The position numbers and the translations under genes are program-made. The notes under the pieces were generated by a model. That model was given only the letters and a program-made list of their open reading frames with translations, did not search any database and had not been told where the DNA came from. Positions 62,996-64,000 of a stretch of 64,000 nt of DNA are shown here, one piece after another. This DNA comes from Heterodontus francisci (Eukaryota). The stretch spans positions 110,580,372 to 110,644,371 of the forward strand of contig NC_090382.1 in assembly GCF_036365525.1 (NCBI RefSeq), read 5' to 3'. How positions within the stretch are numbered: position 1 is the stretch's first letter; every line of letters begins with the position of its first letter.

Positions 62996-64000
62996 GTTAA
63001 CATGCAGGTGCAGCAGGCTATTAGGAAGGCAAATGGCATGTTGACCTTTATTGCAAGTGGATTGGAGTCCAGGAATAAAGAAGTCTTACTAAAATTGTGC
63101 AGGGCTTTGGTGAGACTGCACCTGGAATACTGTGTGCAGTTTTGGTCTCCACATTTAAGAAAGGATATACTTGCACTGAAGGCAGTGCAGCGAAGATTTA
63201 CTAAGTTGGTCCCTGGGATGAGGGGGTTGTCCTATGATGAGAGGTTGAGTAAATTGGGACCATATTCTCTGGAGTTTAGAAGAATGAGAGGTGATCTAAT
63301 TGAGACATGCAAGATTCTGAAAGGGCTTGATAGGGTAGAAGCTGAGAAATTGTTCCTGCTGATCAGGGAATCTAGAACACAGGGACACAGTCTCAGGATA
63401 ACAGGCCAAACATTCAGGACTGAGATGAGGAGAAATTACTACATTCAAAGGGTTGTGAATCTATGGAATTCTCTACCCCAGAGGGTTGTGGATGCTCCCA
63501 TCATTGAATGCATTTAAGGCTAGGATAGATAGATTTTTGGTCTCGCAGGGAATCAAGGGATATGGGGAGCAGGCAGGAAAGTGGAATTGAAGCCTAATAT
63601 CAGGCATGATCTTATTGAATGGTGGAGGAGGCTTGATGGGCCATATGGTCTACTTCTGCTTCTATTTCTTGTGTTCTGTGACTCATTTAACTGTGCAGTG
63701 CTAAATAGTGCTTGCTTTTCAATGACATGTGGAACAGTTTGGTTAAAATATATCCTTGATTCACTAAGTCATGAGAATCAAAGCCAGGTTAAGGAATATA
63801 AAACCACTACTTACTTTTGGTTCGGTGATGACATTGTGGTCACTAAAGAGAGTAGTAATTCCATGTAAAATAGCTAAGTAAGCCATTTTGTACATACCTA
63901 TGCTGTTTGAGTAAACCTTTTAAGCAAAATGCACTAATAAAACTTGAAATGGACAATTATATGGCAATTATCTTTGGAAAGTCAGTGGATCTGCAGTTTA

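Larger units (their letters stand above)
61605..63680 (+). mobile_element. CR1 3' part, interrupted by a solo LTR
   Basis: WQMENNIGKCEVVHFG..QRDLGVL, continued by ORF 63002..63517. Confidence 0.9.

Noticed and set aside
1-64000. Prokaryotic-type systems (CRISPR, retron, DGR) suggested by the many RT ORFs
   Set aside because: All RTs are CR1, L2, RTE or Penelope types in vertebrate DNA; no repeat-spacer array or operon structure seen

Overview
Eukaryotic, repeat-rich vertebrate DNA, most likely a cartilaginous fish (shark). This is inferred from the repeat content: dominant CR1/HER1-type LINEs, HE1-like V-SINEs, SacSINE1-like Deu-SINEs, L2 and Neptune-type Penelope elements. The only clear host coding sequence is one large protocadherin first ('variable') exon (ATG 22232 to a phase-0 GAG|GTGAGT donor at 24754). 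It encodes a signal peptide, six cadherin repeats, a TM segment and a proximal tail with a PCDH10-like motif, and lies in a TE-poor CpG-rich island. No recognisable constant exon lies downstream in the window; a candidate orphan terminal exon lies upstream (8325-8717). The rest is a deeply nested TE landscape: many CR1s (some young, one reconstructable with its ORF1 esterase), L2, two RTE types, Tx1/L1, Penelope elements carrying minimal hammerhead-ribozyme motifs, two Harbinger (transposase + Myb/SANT) elements with related MITEs, two solo LTRs and a Copia (GalEa-like) remnant. Several local inverted or templated duplications fall inside Harbinger-derived DNA. All calls are by eye; family names rest on remembered motifs and repeat boundaries are approximate.
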